From: Macrostomum lignano
Lineage: Eukaryota
NCBI GenBank assembly: GCA_002269645.1
Contig: NIVC01002728.1
Coordinates: 62,001-126,000, forward strand
Length of the DNA: 64,000 bases
Direction of reading: 5' to 3'
The notes under the pieces are model-generated. The model was not told where the DNA came from. It searched no databases and saw nothing but the letters and a program-made list of their open reading frames with translations. Both the position numbers and the translations under genes were made by a program. Of this stretch, positions 62,501-64,000 are shown piece after piece. Within the stretch, counting starts at the first letter, position 1. Each line of letters opens with the position of its first letter.

Positions 62501-63929
62501 CAGACACCTGTCCATCACATCAGACACCTGTCCATCACATCAGACACCTGTCCATCACATCAGACACCTGTCCATCACATCAGACACCTGTCCATCACAT
62601 CAGACACCTGTCCATCACTGTGACGTTGCTAGTTTAAATGGTCCCGCAAAAGGGCCGTTGGACTATAGTTTCCCTTGCAATTTCTCATTTTGATTTCTCC
62701 GATAGTTTATTGTAACGTTTACTTATAGTAGCGTGCAAATAATCTGTATCAACTGCTATTTCACTGTGTATTTGGTAGGCCTTGCGCCCGTCTGTGAATT
62801 TTGGCACGATCGATAATTTCAAGTTCTCTCGCCAGCCAATGAAAACTCTCCGTGTTTTACGCTACCCCCTTTTGCGCTCTTTATTAACCCCCGCCTGGCG
62901 GCGGGCTGGGGGCCTCCTCACTTCGCGGTTCTTGTTTTCCTTCTCCTGCCTTCTATCTGCCTCCTTATCTCTCGCCACGGCTCCTCTGTCTGGGCCAGCC
63001 TGTTTACACTGCCTGCCACTGTCTGCCACGGCTAACGCCAATCTCACCACTACGCATCTGCCTCTTCTGTGCTCATCGCCGCTACTCACCACGTTGCATC
63101 GCCTTGCATCACTCGCCTACCACTCGACTACAATTTCTAATTCACCTTCAATTCAAAACCATTGTTGCAGCCGCCAGTGTCCCAAAAGCACAATAAGTTC
63201 TGTATTAGCATTAACCAAATTTGAATATTGATCTCAACAATAAAACAACTACGGCAGTTACCTGCCTTGTATGCCAAGTGCTCCGCTACACAATCCGCTT
63301 ATCAAGACTTACTCGATTCATTTTGGGACTACGACTTACGACAACTCTCGTAAAACGGCCCTTCTAAGGGTCATAGCCTCTACGCCAATAACGTGACAAT
63401 CACATCAGACACCTGTCCATCACATCAGACACCTGTCCATCACATCAGACACCTGTCCATCACATCAGACACCTGTCCATCACATCAGACACCTGTCCAT
63501 CACATCAGACACCTGTCCATCACATCAGACACCTGTCCATCACATCAGACACCTGTCCATCACATCAGACACCTGTCCATCACATCAGACACCTGTCCAT
63601 CACATCAGACACCTGTCCATCACATCAGACACCTGTCCATCACATCAGACACCTGGCACCCGACTCACCTGCCGCACCGCTGCGCGCTAACGGTGACCGC
63701 GAAATTGGTCAAATCCTGCTGACAACAGTCGATCCGATTGTAAAGAATAACTTGCTGCACTATCGCTGGCAGCTTAAATGATGTGGACCACCATTCGTAC
63801 TCTCCCAGCTGGCTCATGGCGCAGTAGCCTTTGTTAGCATGCTGATGCTGGGAGTTCCCGTCCACCGCGAACCAACAGTTGTTAGTACCCTTGACACTGC
63901 TCTGATCGCAATCGGAAAGCTCTATTTTC
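59519..63929 (-). CDS. 3' part of an FTP-WSC paralogue (copy F); 5' exons lie beyond the window
   Basis: Exons 63929-63669 (KIELSDCDQSS..AVDGN..WW..NRIDCC), 62095-61938 (..LCEVQVLG), 59799-59519 (YKGCFKD..CDRIC..YFGIQGGMQCWCG..CGG); phases 2,2,1 are consistent. Confidence 0.85.
59820..61850. repeat. ~23-bp minisatellite (CAGGTGAGTCAGAGTAGCTGTGT), ~85 units, last intron of copy F
   Basis: Direct reading. Confidence 0.96.
62230..63655. repeat. 20-bp minisatellite (CATCACATCAGACACCTGTC) in a copy F intron, split by a solo LTR
   Basis: Units at 62230-62618 (degenerate at start) and 63399-63655. Confidence 0.93.
62619..63398. mobile_element. 780-bp solo LTR inserted into the minisatellite, 5-bp TSD
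   Basis: Termini TGTGACGTT..AACGTGACA (8/9 inverted match); TSD ATCAC at 62614-18 and 63399-403. Confidence 0.85.
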
Positions 63930-64000
63930 CTGAAATATTACACAGTAGAATAAATATTCCTGGTCAGGCATCTGGGATCCAGCATCTGAGATTTGGGATT

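Overview
Eukaryotic (metazoan) genomic DNA with GT-AG introns; I found no rRNA, functional tRNA or CRISPR. GC-rich exons, minisatellite-filled introns and F-type-lectin/WSC paralogues would fit a free-living flatworm such as Macrostomum (inference only). (1) 748-12833 (-): complete 8-exon srGAP-family gene (F-BAR, RhoGAP, SH3; 1007 aa), rebuilt with matching splice phases. (2) 19.2-64 kb: a cluster of secreted proteins with the layout signal peptide, two F-type-lectin-like (FTP) domains, WSC. It has two complete 5-exon genes (42352-47705 and 53109-56760, +), a 5'-only copy (19211-26557), a tiny remnant (34012) and the 3' part of a minus-strand paralogue (59519-63929). (3) Dense mobile DNA: a near-intact RTE-like LINE with TSD, a 5'-truncated LINE, a Gypsy integrase/LTR remnant, three solo LTRs with TSDs, nested hAT-type elements, a CMC/EnSpm-like element, a MULE relic and tRNA-derived SINEs. 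(4) Most striking: most introns carry their own minisatellite. Several units are built from splice-site motifs (CAG|GTGAG) or overlapping E-box/AP-1 sites, one array pair is inverted around a single srGAP exon, and one unit family occurs in unrelated genes.
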